A stretch of DNA of 62,246 nucleotides, the filler included, from Dimargaris cristalligena (Eukaryota): NCBI GenBank assembly GCA_003614675.1. It is 4 parts of 4 records of this genome, joined end to end, with 100 filler letters (N's around TTAATTAATTAA, not from the genome) between each part and the next. Parts side by side here need not be neighbours in the genome. Positions count along the whole stretch, not along the records: positions 1 to 15,518 come from ML002885.1; 3 more parts are not named here. One strand, written 5' to 3'. Both the position numbers and the translations under genes were made by a program. Below, piece after piece: positions 1 through 13,352 of this stretch. The notes under the pieces are model-generated. The model saw nothing but the letters and a program-made list of their open reading frames with translations. It did not search any database and was not told the DNA's origin. Position 1 is the stretch's first letter, and the number at the start of each line of letters is the position of its first letter.

Positions 1-61
1 TTTATTATCTATCTTTTCAAATAAAGTTCAGTTTTCAAGGATTTGATTTCAGTTCTTTACA
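1..61. repeat. Dispersed repeat fragment at contig end; reverse complement of 31021-31080
   Basis: TTTATTATCTATCTTTTCAAATAAAGTTCAGTTTTCAAGGATTTGATTTCAGTTCTTTAC matches the reverse complement of GTAAAGAACTGAACTCAAATCCTTGAAAACTGAACTTTATTTGAAAAATAGATGATAAG with few mismatches. Confidence 0.8.
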
Positions 62-2623
62 CATGGGAGTGTTTACAAAGAGAAGGCTGCAATCTCACAT
101 GTATTTGTCCATCACATCTGTGTGTAATGTATATTGAAGAATCCCCTTGACATGATCCGGGTAGTCTAACCCTGCCATCCAACCATCTGTTACCCCAATA
201 TCACTTTAGTAGTGCTTGCCTTTTTTTTTGGGCTGTCGGGGTACAAGGGGTTATGTCACCAATATTTTAAACTTGCTCCAGAATAGACCACTTGGCCGGT
301 TCTCTACACTGGCGGGGTATAGCCTAGAGGTCCACTCCGAGTGCACCCTTACACCATTGTGCATTTAAATAATGAATTTAGTTGCCAACCCTGGAATGAA
401 TGAATTACAAGTGACTTATTATGCTCGTATCCACTCCGAAACTGACATTAGAATATATGACCCAATTGTTGGAAATATAAATATGATGGTAAACACAAGT
501 ACCTTCAATTGCAAATATAAAGATTTAAAGAAGAGAGAAAGAACCGCAAGGGGCAAAGCTAGATGCCCGCGGGTAGTTTTATTGTATTGGAAATAGCAGT
601 AATGATGATAAAAACGTTGTTCCGAGTATAGGACAATATAATCATAGATAGAGAAAGTCCCGGGTATTAGGACGGACCAATCAGAGTCAAAGATTCGGAG
701 AGGCGGGAGAAATGAATTTCCAACACCAATCGCCAGTTGATTGTACCAACATAATATTTATCAATCTGATGATACCTCTCTTCACTCATACATGTGCTCA
801 CTCCCTCGCTTCGCAGTGCATTCCGCCTGGGACAAGCTATATTGATAGTGAACCCCATTTCTATGCCGTAGTGGTGGTGGTGGTTGATTTATTTACAAGG
901 AGTGATGATGAAAATACCTTAAAAATACACGGGATCCTCTGGATCTCCTCCCAATCGTAACCTAATCGCCTACCCACCTAGGCATTCTATCTCAAGGAGT
1001 AGCCTGGTTTTATTGACGGATTCGAATGGCCAGAGATAAAGGAACCATGTTCCCGGTGGGAATCCCTCTTGGCGGGAGGACCGTTATGCCGTCCGGCTGC
1101 AATAACCTACTAATTCGGAAGAGTCCACGAATTCAAAGAAGCCGTATTCTTTAGTCCCCAATGAATCCTCGGCATCAGGTATGGTTCCCTTTGGACTCCG
1201 GCATCTCTAGCCTGAAGAGGGGTGGTATTGTCAATGTAATATGTAGTTTAAAAAAACTAGGTTTGCCCCCGCCTGCTTCTCGGTGCCCATTTTATGTGGT
1301 AGATATAATATTGGGGCATTTACCCAGTTTGGGTTTTGGCAATAGAAAGTAAACATATGTATTGTAATGACAGCTGGATTTCTGCTACCCAATGTTGGCC
1401 GTGGGGTATAGTGCTATACGTGGACAGGGGGTGTGGTTCTAATGACTATACCCGAACTCCGCCTTAAAAACAATTATATCTCAGCAGTTGGGGTAAATCA
1501 AGCCGTAGCATATGTTTATTTTCTATAAAATTGGTCCTGCTTATTAATTTTTATCGAATGTAATATAGTGGCAAATTCGGTATGTATGTATAGATATGAC
1601 CATCCTTGTGCCATAGACTGACAGGAATATTTGCACTACAGACGGGTTGAATCGCTAATTCAATATTATTCTGTCGAATTTACCGGTACGTTTAAAACTG
1701 AGATGTGTCTATGAGACACCCACGCCTTTTCTCAACTCCAGGGTCTTTCCGGCAGTTTCTAGTTCATGGCTGGTTGTTATACCCCAACCAAGCGCAATTC
1801 CCGGGGGCTTTCCACGGGGAAGTCAAGATCAATATCATCAAACATGGATACAACCGGGTAAGTCTAGGCAGTACTCTAATGTATTCGTTGGCCACCTGTG
1901 CCCTTCACCTAATAAATTCGGAATTGTTCATGCATTTCAACAACCCCTCTCACATTGGCAACTGCACGAATGGGTAACGCTACATGATGCCGTGGGGGAG
2001 GGTATTGAACCTAGGCATCCGCCTGGTTTTTTTCTCGTTGGGGGGTATCCACAACCACCACGATAGGGACTGCAACCATGTAGTGAACCCCACAGTATGG
2101 TCAAGTGAGCGGGAAGAGGTTTACACCAGGTGCGCTAAGCCTAAGTAATCCCACCACGCCAGGCTGATCATGGCTGGGGAGGAGAGGGGAGGTTGGGCCG
2201 AAAGGCTTTGTTTAATAGTCCCTGTCTGGTTTTGAAGGCAGCATTGGAAAGGTGGGATGAAATTTCCCCAGGACCACTCGCGACCCACCCCGCCCAACTG
2301 GCCGATGCGGGGTCGTAATTGGTCAGCGGGGCGAGGGATCAGGAGGTCCGCGAAATATTGTCCCTCAACACTGCTGGGTGGGGGGTGGTCTCTCTCCTCC
2401 TCCTCCTACACACACCGCTGCTTTGCCTTCCTGGGCGGAGTGAGCTTGCTTGCAAACCAAGTTACTCGCCTCCCCTATTTATTTACCTGGCCTTTTATTC
2501 TAGACTGTTCCTGTACCTTTTTTGTCACTACGCGGTTCTTTCTTGCTCTTGTTTTACCCGATCCCTTTTTATTATATTGTATTCTTTTTGGCCCCCTCCA
2601 TTGCCCATACCACACTATCCACC

Positions 2624-3198
2624 ATGGCTGACATCAACACCGTTGCGAAGCAATTCACCGACTACTACTACTCGACTTTCGACAACAACCGCGCCCAGCT
2701 GGCCAACCTCTACGTAAGTTCCACCTACCGACCCACCATCTGTTCCGGTTCTATCGAACTCCTCTTTTTTCTCTTGCCCTGGGCGGAGTATATGCGTATG
2801 CGTATACCTTTACCACCACTCGCTAAGCCTGGTTCACTAACCCCCCGCCCCTCCTTAATATGTATGGCCATTCCTGGCGGATCCTCTTCCCTCCTCTCCC
2901 ATCCCCTATACAGAAAGATGTCTCTATGCTGACCTTCGAAGGGACCCCGATCCTCGGTGGCAACAGCATCACCGAGAAGCTGGTGAGCCTCCCTTTCCAG
3001 AAAGTTGCCCACCAGGTCTCCACCTTGGATGCCCAGCCCTCCAACCCCACCACCGGCTCCATCCTGGTCAATGTCACCGGCAAGTTGCTGATTGACGAGG
3101 AACAGAACCCCCAGCAATTCTCCCAGACCTTCAACCTCATACCCGAGGGCGGTAGCTACTGGGTCTACAATGATATCTTCCGCCTCAACTACGGTTAA
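2624..3198 (+). CDS. NTF2: Nuclear transport factor 2; join(2624..2713,2914..3198), 124 aa
   Basis: MADINTVAKQFTDYYYSTFDNNRAQLANLY / KDVSMLTFEG...EKLVSLPFQKVAHQVSTLDAQPS...FSQTFNLIPEGGSYWVYNDIFRLNYG; a GTAAGT...CAG intron joins the two parts in frame. Confidence 0.97.
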
Positions 3199-4116
3199 AT
3201 GCGCATCTACTACTCTTACCTACCGTTTCATCTGCTTGTGACCCCCCTCCCCGCCCCTTCCTGGCTCTGACTCCCAGTTTTAATTTGTGGGGGGTAGTAT
3301 AATGGCTGTTTAGCAGGGGGATGTGGTAGATAGGGGAGTAGTGGGAGAAGAGAGAGGGACCTTGGCCTGTTCTTTTTAGTTCAAGTATTTGTTCTCTTAT
3401 ATACCCCGCTTCCCCCTTTTTTTCTTGGTGACGTGTCCACTATAAGCGACATTTCCATGTGGCATGTTTTGTCCATGGTCTAATAAATCGATTTATTTTT
3501 ACTCGCCCTCATTAGACAGACTCGCAGGTACTCAAATGGCCTAGTTGTATGGCATATCTGAGTTGAAATCGCCTGCTGTTCATCTGGATGATGATGGATT
3601 AGGGGGATACTCTGTATGGCAGTGGTGATGGGGTTGGGTATGTGCTACTTATAGATACACCACCGCAATTACTCCTAAACCAAAGCGTGCCAACTTGCTT
3701 TCAAGTAACGTGACTTATTTTGGGAGAGCTATGCAGTCCATACTCTTTGGCTTGGTCTATCTCATATTATAATCAGGGGAACTGAAATTGGTGCTTGGGG
3801 GGAATTAGTATGGTAGTCCTCCTCCCCCCAATGCCACAACAGCCACCACCAGTTGCAAGGAATACTGTCTATGTTAGCGGTATTGAGGCCCCCCAAGGAC
3901 TACAGGCAGGAATGAAGGGGTGCCCTTGAAGATCAGATTCCGGATCAGCGCAACTTTTGGGAGTTAGAGCCGTCTTTTGTCGTTGAGAATTCACCCCTTT
4001 GCTTCTTCATCCTGGTCAGCAACAGCTCCTCTTCAATTCGGTTCGTATACAACCTTCCTTTCCAATATATATATCCCTACACCTACTCACTCACTACCCC
4101 TTTTTCTCGTCCCATC

Positions 4117-4889
4117 ATGAGCTACCGACCGGGCTACGACCATCTCCCGCGCGACAACTGGGTGGATCCCACTCCCCCGCCCGCTCATATCCAGGATGTG
4201 CCCAATGTCGGCGCCACCTCCGCGATCCTAACTTCCGCCGCCTTTGCCCTGGGCGCCCACTGCGGCGAGTACAATGAGGATTTCATGCTCTGCAAACGGG
4301 ACAGTGCCAACCCCGCCCATTGTTTAAAGGAAGGGGCCCGGGTCACCCGCTGCTCCATTGACCTGCTCACCCAGTTGCGCGCTAACTGTCTGAAGGAGTT
4401 GAGCAGTCACTGGAATTGCCTGGAATTGAATAACCATGAATTCCAGTACTGTCGCAAGCAGGAGCGGCCCCTTAACCAATGCATTTTCAGCAAATTCGTA
4501 AGTAGAGAACTTCTATTATAGGCATGGGGGTGAAGACCCGCCAAAATTACCACCAGGACATGTGCGATTAGGGGACTGGCGCTGGGCCCTGCTTTCTTTT
4601 ATAACCTTGGAATCTCTTTGCCTTCACATTCCTGCCAGAATAACTGGTATTGTTTGACCCTGTCGATATACATACACACACATATATATATATATATATA
4701 TATCCGCCTCTTCTATGCCTTTGGTTTATTAATATATATATTGTATTATACTTCCTCATATAATATCCCCTTTTTAACCATCACCTTGACCAGGGCTACA
4801 CCAAGACCATCCCCGGCGCGGCCAAGAACGCAACCCCCGTCCATGAACTTAAAAAGCCCTACTTCGGCAATACTCCCAACACTTTCTAA
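4117..4889 (+). CDS. NDUFA8: NADH:ubiquinone oxidoreductase subunit NDUFA8 (20.8 kDa type); join(4117..4497,4794..4889), 158 aa
   Basis: Four CX9C motifs (CGEYNEDFMLC, CLKEGARVTRC, CLKELSSHWNC, CRKQERPLNQC), VGATSAILTSAAF motif, and a GTAAGT...CAG intron giving the GYTKTIPGA...PVHE tail. Confidence 0.93.
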
Positions 4890-7049
4890 GTCCGACGGTA
4901 CTCTCCGCTCCAAACGTGGTGTGAGATATTACCCCCGAGCTATCTCCCTTGCCCCTATTACCACGTTTACCTCTTTACTATATTTTACCCTGTTTATTTA
5001 TCTGCTGGTTATACTATACCGCTCCCTGCGTTTTCTTCATTTTTATTTTATTTTATTTGGTCACCCTTATTAACCCACCCCGCGTGCCCTGCTGATTGAT
5101 CTTATTGTACCGGACTACCGAGAATAACATCTCCGGAGTCGTCAATAAATAGACGAATGATTTTACCATTTTTTTACCTTGGCCCCCCCAATAAGCACAA
5201 TCATGGATTCTTTTAGAACAAGAATATGCAAATCAAGAAATATAAACATTGGCCCCAACGCACCATACCCTCTATAGTATCTCTGGTGCTATTGGTGGGG
5301 TGAAACACCACCCCCTAATGGCTTATCGGGTGGGCCAGGTGTGATGTCTTGCCGCATACGACTCGCTTATAATTCAAACGGAGCAGCAGGCGAGGAGAAA
5401 TGGTTTAGAGGGGGATAACCAGACAGTGAATGGGTTTAGGTTACCCGATGGAATGTTCCGAATTCGAGAAAATTGGTCCACTTTTGGTGAGATATTCGCT
5501 TGCAATGCACTGGCGTGGGAGAGGATGGGGCTATTATACCACACCCTTCTCTCTACCTCATCCTTGGCACAAGTCATTCTTAGAACTTCGTTCTGAACTA
5601 CTGGCGATGATGGGCCCAGCAGGGTGTATTAGTGTGTACTAACCGTGGACATATATTACTGGGGTTGATGCGGTCGATGGTGTGGCTCTCCGTCGTTCTT
5701 CGAAAGTCTTGGCTGGTCTTGGGCATGCAGGGATACCTCCCTGAGATACCAAAAGTGACATGAAAAAAACACGGGAATAGACAGTGGCTCTCGTTCTATC
5801 CCAATGCAACAATATACGAAAACCTGCTCACTCACACTCACTTACTTACTTATCCACACACACACGTATATATCCGGCCGGGATTAACCCCGCTAATTCG
5901 GCGATTTCCGACCACTCTCCTGTGGATGATCGTCTTTGGGTCCAGCGAACCATATGATACGGTTACGCCATCAGGTGGATTGGGTGAAGTTGGTATAGAA
6001 GAAAAGGGCCTTACGCAACCCAAGGATAATTGGGATAATAATAATATTATAGGGGACCTATCATCAGTCCAGCTAACTATTCATTATTATTAAATAATCC
6101 CCTCTTTTTGCCTCAATAAACCCAGTAAGCAGGGAGGTGGTATAGGTGGGGAGAGGAAGGGCTTGGCAAACGCCGAAGCCATACCGCCGTTTTCTTGGGT
6201 TCGACTGGCCCGTCCAAACGAAGGGGTAAGACAGAGGGAGGGATTGGTGGAGTGGGGAGTCTTGGCATCCCCCTGCTGTCACACGTATAGCCCTAGGTCA
6301 AGTGCGCCGAGATGGAAAAGCCGGTCATTTTGCATTACTACAGCAGTCATCTTTAGTATACATTTATATTTATACATGTATATCTTGGCTATTAAGACCG
6401 CGGATAAAATAGAGAGAAGGTGAGGTCTGCCGCCGTCGCGTGATATATGAGTGGTGGTGGTCTATAGAGAGAGATAGCCAAGCCAAGCCTTTCTGTAATT
6501 GAATGTGCGGTAGTCCGATGGCATAGAGAGGGGTAAACATACACAAATGGCTGGGGGGAGAGAGTGGCTGTTTAAAAGGTCTTCATGGTAGGTCCTCCTC
6601 CATATACTATCTATCTACATACCTATAGGCTGGAATTACGGGCTTTCTCTCTCGAGCTCTCTCACTTTCTGTCTATCTGACCAGCTCTTTATTCCTTTCT
6701 AGCTTTTAGTACAAGTCCTCGTCTACTTTTCATACCAACGGAGTTCAGTCTACATTATTTCCCATTACTAGTTTCGCCCTGCGCTGCATTTCAACGCAAC
6801 CTAAACCATAAACACTCTGCGGGTAGCAGCTGTTTCCAACCTGGCGTAGTTGAAGTCCGAGAATAGTATTGTAGACTATACAGCCCACACCCGCTGATAT
6901 ATATATTTCGTCACCGAGTCTTAGTAGCTCCTAAGTTTTAGTTTCGCTCGTAACCCCCCTAAACCCTACTCCGCTGCCCCTTGTTGGGCTCCAACCAACA
7001 CCACCACCCCCCTCCCATTTAACACACACACACACATCCCTCCGACACC

Positions 7050-9344
7050 ATGGCCTCACCAGTCAACCCCAACGTCTCTATCCTGAAACGTATGTTTCCT
7101 GATATCGAGCCCGACATCTGTGAAGCAGTCCTCCAAGCCAATCAGGGCAACCTCAACACCAGCATCAGTACTTTGCTCGAAATGTCCAACCCGCAATCCC
7201 CCGCCGCCAAGGCCGCACCGGGTTCCACCACCACTCCCGCCCAAGCGGACGCCGGCGAAGAAGGACCACGCACCCCCGTGGTGGACGCATTCGCCGACAC
7301 ACCCAGTCCCGCTCGGCAAGGCGCAGCCGCTTCGCCACCGTGGACTGCGTCGTCGACCGAACCCCGCGACCAAGTTCCGGCGGAAGAACCCGGACTGGCC
7401 AATAACCGCCAGTCGTCGCCTCCACCGCCCTCTACGACCGCCGGTTTAGCGACCCCGGAAACGGCCCTGGCTAACTCGCTCTGGGCTGTAGAAGGGTCCC
7501 CTCACCAACCAGTGGACCCCGCTGGCGTAGGGATATCATCCTCAGGCCAAATCCCCACCGAATCCCTCTTGGCCCATGCACCCGCTGTCTCAGGTGAAGG
7601 GAGAGAAGTAGCGGCAGTCACCATGGGATCCAGCCCAGTCTCTGTCCCATCCGCTACTACTGCTACTACTACCACCACTACTACTGCTGCTGTTGATACG
7701 GTGGCAACCGGCAGCGAAGGTAGCCACCACTCCAGGGATAATATGGAATTCAACCGGGCAGAGGCTGCACCCATGTCGGAGCAGGCTTCGTCCTCTCCTG
7801 CCGTGGATACCAGCCGGGACGAACAAATTGCCCGGGATCTCGAACTGGCCCTTCGTTTGGAAGACGAGGAGCGCGAGGCCTTCGAACAACAGCAACAACA
7901 CCAACAACGCTCGCAACGGCAATCCTACCAATTTGCCAACCAAAGTGGAGAAGGAGCCCCGCCTCCCTTGCCTTCGCGCCAATCACTGCAAAACCCCCGC
8001 CCCGTCTACAACGAACAAGGTAACTACGCCTTTTTACAGGATAACCACCAGCCCAACAACCGGCGCTACCGGTACAGCGACGAAGACGAACCCGATTTCA
8101 TGAACAAAGTGAGTGCCTTTACCGAAACCACCAAAGTCAAGCTGCAGGGATTCTTCCACCAGGTATCGCGCAAATTCAACGAAGCCGTTCATACCGAGGG
8201 CGGTGGCTCTGGGGAAAACTATAATGAAGGTAGTAGTAGCAGCACCCCTCGACCGGCGGACTACACCGGCTATACTAACGCCAACCCCAGCACCAATGTC
8301 AATGACCCGCAACGGCGCGCTAATCAGCGTCGCTCGCGGTTTATTAATGATGATGAGGACGAAGATGATAATGATGATGACTTGTACGGGGCCCCTCCCC
8401 CACCGCTACCGCGTCGACATACCGAACCGCCGCAAACACCGGGCTCGGCCGATGGGTTCCGGACGGCGGAGTACCCTTTTCACGACGACTTTGATCAACG
8501 GCCACCTCCGGCACTGCCCCCACGGAGTCGGGATGAGTCGCCGCTTGTATCCGCCGCCCCCGCGCGGAGTCCGGTGATGGCGACGGTGCAACCGGGACGC
8601 ATTATCACGGCCGGTATGGGCGGGAGTGGAAGTGGAAGTGGAAGTGGGCGAAGTGATGGGGGAAGAACCCCAGTGACTCCATCCCACCTTTCCTCCCCAC
8701 GATCCCCTACTACTACTGCTGCTGCTGCTGCGGGGGTTGTTTCTGCATCTGACCGCCCCGCGTCGGGATTCGCGGTCATCTCCACCCCCCGTAGTGCCAC
8801 CGACCTCTGGTTTGACGAGGAACAACAGGCTGCTGTCACCACCCCCTCCGCACGGCTTCTACATTCCCGGCAGCAGCAACTTCTCAACCCCCACAACACC
8901 ACAGTGGGCGTAGGAGGAGTCAATGGTGCCATTGATTCGGATTTTTCGGATGTGGATATGAGTGGACATAGTCCCCAGACCACCAACTACTTCAGTCCCT
9001 CACCGACGATTTCCGAACTGCCAGCGGATAATATTAAGAATAAGACTTCTGGAGGAGGAGAGGCCGGCGAACGGGCGTCGGCGGGAACTGCTGCTCTAAC
9101 CAGCGGGGAGCCGCACCGGCCCATGTCGGCCATGTCGGAACCCCGCTCTAGTGCTAAGGCCGCGGCCGGGGCGAGTTGGTCCCCCGAAGTAGGTAATAAT
9201 CATACAGCTACTGGTTCCCCCTCCATTCCGGCCGTCCGGGCGGCTTCCCACCCACCGCCGCACCATGGGAATGATACGGCCGATACGGAATGGAACCTCA
9301 TCGATATGGATATCCACCCCAGTTTCCAAACCAAACAACCTTAA
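7050..9344 (+). CDS. CUE-domain ubiquitin-binding protein, Cue5-like, 764 aa
   Basis: N-terminal CUE domain (LKRMFPDIEPDICEAVLQANQGNLNTSISTLLEMS, with MFP and LL motifs), QIARDLELALRL helix, long disordered remainder, single long ORF. Confidence 0.8.
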   Translation: MASPVNPNVSILKRMFPDIEPDICEAVLQANQGNLNTSISTLLEMSNPQSPAAKAAPGSTTTPAQADAGEEGPRTPVVDAFADTPSPARQGAAASPPWTASSTEPRDQVPAEEPGLANNRQSSPPPPSTTAGLATPETALANSLWAVEGSPHQPVDPAGVGISSSGQIPTESLLAHAPAVSGEGREVAAVTMGSSPVSVPSATTATTTTTTTAAVDTVATGSEGSHHSRDNMEFNRAEAAPMSEQASSSPAVDTSRDEQIARDLELALRLEDEEREAFEQQQQHQQRSQRQSYQFANQSGEGAPPPLPSRQSLQNPRPVYNEQGNYAFLQDNHQPNNRRYRYSDEDEPDFMNKVSAFTETTKVKLQGFFHQVSRKFNEAVHTEGGGSGENYNEGSSSSTPRPADYTGYTNANPSTNVNDPQRRANQRRSRFINDDEDEDDNDDDLYGAPPPPLPRRHTEPPQTPGSADGFRTAEYPFHDDFDQRPPPALPPRSRDESPLVSAAPARSPVMATVQPGRIITAGMGGSGSGSGSGRSDGGRTPVTPSHLSSPRSPTTTAAAAAGVVSASDRPASGFAVISTPRSATDLWFDEEQQAAVTTPSARLLHSRQQQLLNPHNTTVGVGGVNGAIDSDFSDVDMSGHSPQTTNYFSPSPTISELPADNIKNKTSGGGEAGERASAGTAALTSGEPHRPMSAMSEPRSSAKAAAGASWSPEVGNNHTATGSPSIPAVRAASHPPPHHGNDTADTEWNLIDMDIHPSFQTKQP

Positions 9345-11120
9345 GGGGAGTGTTGATTACCCGTTACTTTTTTCGTTTTCTTGAAGACCATTTTGCCACC
9401 CTAGCATCCCCACCCTACTTCTCACATAAATAGCCTTTATCGCAAACATTATTGGTCTATATTTTTTCATTCTTTCCAATCGTTAACTGGGTTAGCTCTA
9501 TATATTTACCTCAGCCAAACGCAAAACCCCCTCCATTTATATAAAATGATTTTGAATGAGGTGGCTTCTATATGGCAGTGTATTGTCGAGTATGGTCGCG
9601 TAGAGTTACTTACCCACTGTGTCTCGTGGTATCCCCGACTGTCTTAACCCCGAAGGTTGTGAGTTAGAGCCAGGAGCATCTTTAGTTTCTCATAATATAC
9701 CCACTTATCTCGATTTATTTGGGCCCAAAGAGTGGGAATCTTCACCCCGCCATACATCCCTCTCCTTAAGCCCCTGGGACCCCCCCCCCCCGCATGTCGT
9801 TTCAACCAAGCCAGGAATTCGATGCCAAAGATCATCAGGATACCTGGCTGCTTTGGAATGGGCACGCAACTGCCGAAGTGCCGGATAAAACGGGCTCTAA
9901 AGTAGTCTAAATATATGTAAGTGCAGGATGGAATACCCATGGTGCCCCCTCCCTTTCTGTTCCTAGACGTGCATCAGCAACACGGGGGTGAAGCAGGATA
10001 CCCAAGTCGGCTTAATTACTGCATTTTATTTACCTGTAGGTTCCCCCCTTTCCAGACATTTGATGGCCAGGTCAAAAGGGTCTGGGACTTCCATGGGGTT
10101 ATGTGTCGGGCAATACTCCCAAGGCGGGAGGGGTGGCTGAGAAAGGGATGCTACTTTTTCCATTTCATCTGCTCATATCCGGTAAAATATACCAACCAGG
10201 ACTGGGAAATAGGGGACAATGTGATCAGATAGGCCCGGGGAGATTTCGCCGGATTTCACACCAGTCCCCTTGAGTTCCCATTAGGGAGTTTGGGCCACTA
10301 TATTTTTACAGAGGTGGCTGGCTTGGGCCGTATACTTTCATGGAGTGGGTCGTGTGTAGAGTCGCGTTTGTTAGATTTCCGTTTCATCGATTAATTTAAC
10401 TGCTATTAACCGAAATAACTGTGTAGAACTGCTTTATACATGGCTTGGTTTATCTGAATTCCAGCCAAATAGTGAAGTATGTGTTTGGTATCGAATTCCT
10501 ATAATTGCATCCCTTTTCTGCCCTATTCCCTCAACCCCGAGCAGTGAGGGGTGCCGAAACAAGGACTCTGCGTGGAAGTGTAGTGTTTACCTGCTGATTG
10601 GAATTGGCCACCGTTCGTAGCGCGTGCATCTGGGGGTACTTGTCTAATGCTTCCAGGCACACTGTACATATCGACGGTCGTTCCCCGTGTCAATCAATTC
10701 GAGCCCTGTCGATCCGTCCTCTAACAAAGTCATTTGATGACACATCCCTATCATCAGCCTTAGATATCAACTAGGCTATATAACTCTCTCTCTCTCTCGC
10801 GCCCTCCCGCACTTCCTCCTCCAATCCTTCACTGTAATTTGCTTTGTAGTATATACTCTGGCCACTCTATCATACTCATACTGTGGTTGCCTGACTTACT
10901 TGCTATTCGGTATCCGTCCACTTGTACTCTCTCTGTGTTGCTTTCCCTTTTAGTACTCAGTATCTATCTCTCTTTTTTTCCTAAGCTGACTTGTCCCTAA
11001 TATAACTTATTGCCTATACCCCTCCCCTTGCATTCCATAACCCGCTAAGTCTACAATTTTCGCTACATTCCCTCCGCGCATTCACCCACCCGTCAACTCA
11101 AGTGACATTACTTCGCCACC

Positions 11121-13352
11121 ATGTTTATTTCCATCATCGGTAAGACCACGTCTCTCTGACTTTGAAATTCAAACAGCCAGGGAGGTAATTGGGCAAGGCG
11201 CGGGCTCTTCTCCCACTAATTCCGCCTACTTTACATTACCCTAGTGCCACAGGCCACCAATGTTCGCCCGAGCCAAGTCGGGCAGCCCACCAGAGGGGCA
11301 TATTGGCATGTCTAGGGTGTCTATACCACACGCAACCTGTTTATTTTGTCCTAGACAAGGCAGCGCGTACCAACCCCTGTCTCCCGAACGGCCGTGGGGG
11401 TATTTTAGCCGGAAACCCCCTAATTTTCCGGACCATGGATCATTTACCCAGCATGCCATTAAAACAGGAAATCTCATAGCAAACGGTATGATTTATAATT
11501 CCTTTCACGAATCCCCCTATCACTACTACTCTAGGCCCCGACTGCAGTGGCAAGAAAACCACCATGCAGTACCTCATCCAGAAGCTGTCTTTCCAGGCCC
11601 TCGCCCTTGGGCATAGACAGTCCTTTATGCCCGAGGATACCATGGTGTTTAGCCACGTTACGGAGATGCTCCGCTATGTAACCCAGAATTGGCGGTCCCA
11701 CTTCGTGGCGTGTGACATTGATCGCCTCCAGGATTTAACCGTGCTAAGGTAATTGTAAATGATAGGAAATGGCTAGTCACTTCATATCCCCCGTCTGCAA
11801 AAAAATAGATAGCTGGCTATGCTGGAGCTGTCGAAATAGATGCAGTATACCGTATGTCGGGGCGGTTATAATCGTATGCAATGCCTTTCCTTCCCGACTA
11901 TGACTAATCGAAACATTTAATGAACTACTTTTTTATATACCATATACCCATTTCCGGATGTAACTATGGAACGCGATTATCCAGGAAACGCCCCTTTTTC
12001 CTCTTAGTGGCAATTGATGCGCCCGTTAGTCTGCGCTACCAGCGCCTTAAGATTCGGTAAGATCTGTTACTACACGGACAACATTGGCATGGTTATATTA
12101 ATATATATATGTCTTATAGCTGGCCCTTGGCTTCTCTAGTCCCCTTTACAACTCCGATTTAATGGCCCCGTGTAACTAATCCCATCTGTTCACTACGTTA
12201 CATTCAACTTTATTTAGGCATACTGGTGAGGTGGATACCCTGCCGACCCTAGAGGATTTTGTAGCCCACCACGACCAGGAACGGTTCCATTCATGGACCC
12301 CCGCTATTAAGCCCCAAGCCGTGGCGAAGGCCCTAGCCACGACTACAGTCACAACCATGCCTGACAAAACCACCCCGCCCCCACCCCAGCCCCTCCTGAC
12401 CCCCGTCACCACGCCCCAACCCACGCCCTTTTACAAAGTCCTGTCTACCGCGGACCTATACATCGTCAATTCCTATTCCACCCCGGCCGCCTATTTCCAG
12501 TACCTCGACGATCTGAACCTCCTCAACCCCGAGCGCCTGCGACCCTCCTGGGACACCTATTTCATGATGCTTTCCGAACTGGCTTCCCGCCGGTCCAACT
12601 GTATGAAACGCCGGGTGGGGTGTATCCTGGTAAAAGACAACCGCGTCATTGCCACGGGATATAACGGGAGTCCGCGCGGGATACGGAATTGCGCCGACGG
12701 GGGCTGTCCGCGCTGTAATGCGGCGACCCCGTGTGGAGAATCCTTGCACCATTGCTTGTGTTTGCATGCCGAGGAAAATGCGCTGTTGGAGGCGGGGCGG
12801 GTGCGCGTGGAGGGATACGGCCGGTGTATCCTGTACTGTAACACATGTCCCTGTTTAGGTAAGTTGGCCAAAATGTATTATGGACTATATTTGAGATGTA
12901 AAGGGACAAGTATCCTAATACAGGGAATGCGCCGGCTAGCTGCTATTCATATGCGAATAAAAAAAAAGGAACAGCGCCACGGTATTCTCCAGTGGCAGGA
13001 TTTGTAGTACTTCAGGGCTGGTAATAATCGTAAAATATATATATTACATTGCTATGGTATCTACTCGGCTCGACTACCCATGGCTATAATTTGATGGGTA
13101 ACACTTGCTCCGTGGTGCCTTCTTGTCACATTGTGTAATACACGGGAAATTCCTTCTTAATAATCCAAACTGGTGAATGTAGGTTGCGCCAAGAAAATCG
13201 TCCAGGTAGGCGTTCAGGAGGTAGTCTACTCGCAGGCCTACGGGATGGATAAACTGTCGGCCCAGGTCTTTGCCGAGGCTGGCGTGGTTCTGCGTCAACA
13301 TTTCCCACCGCTGCTTAAGATGGATATTGAGGGCGACTTTTACGTTTTCTAG
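11121..13352 (+). CDS. DCD1: dCMP deaminase; join(11121..11139,11535..11748,11985..12056,12218..12858,13183..13352)
   Basis: RPSWDTYFM, RSNCMKRRVGC, TGYNG, CLHAEENALLE and PCLG|CAKKIVQ zinc motifs; five exons join in frame through GT-AG introns; N-terminal MFISIIGPDCSGKKT. Confidence 0.93.

Noticed and set aside
3485-3496. TAAATCGATTTA palindrome downstream of NTF2
   Set aside because: A single occurrence whose arms differ from the viral TTTATCGATAAA motif; compatible with chance.
4668-4703. (CA)n/(TA)n tracts here and at about 13370, 14790, 15462 and 56031
   Set aside because: Ordinary microsatellites.
7056-9338. Many overlapping antisense and alternate-frame ORFs (also over the kinase, MATE, GCDH and GCP genes)
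   Set aside because: Shadow ORFs expected in GC-rich coding DNA; no recognisable motifs.
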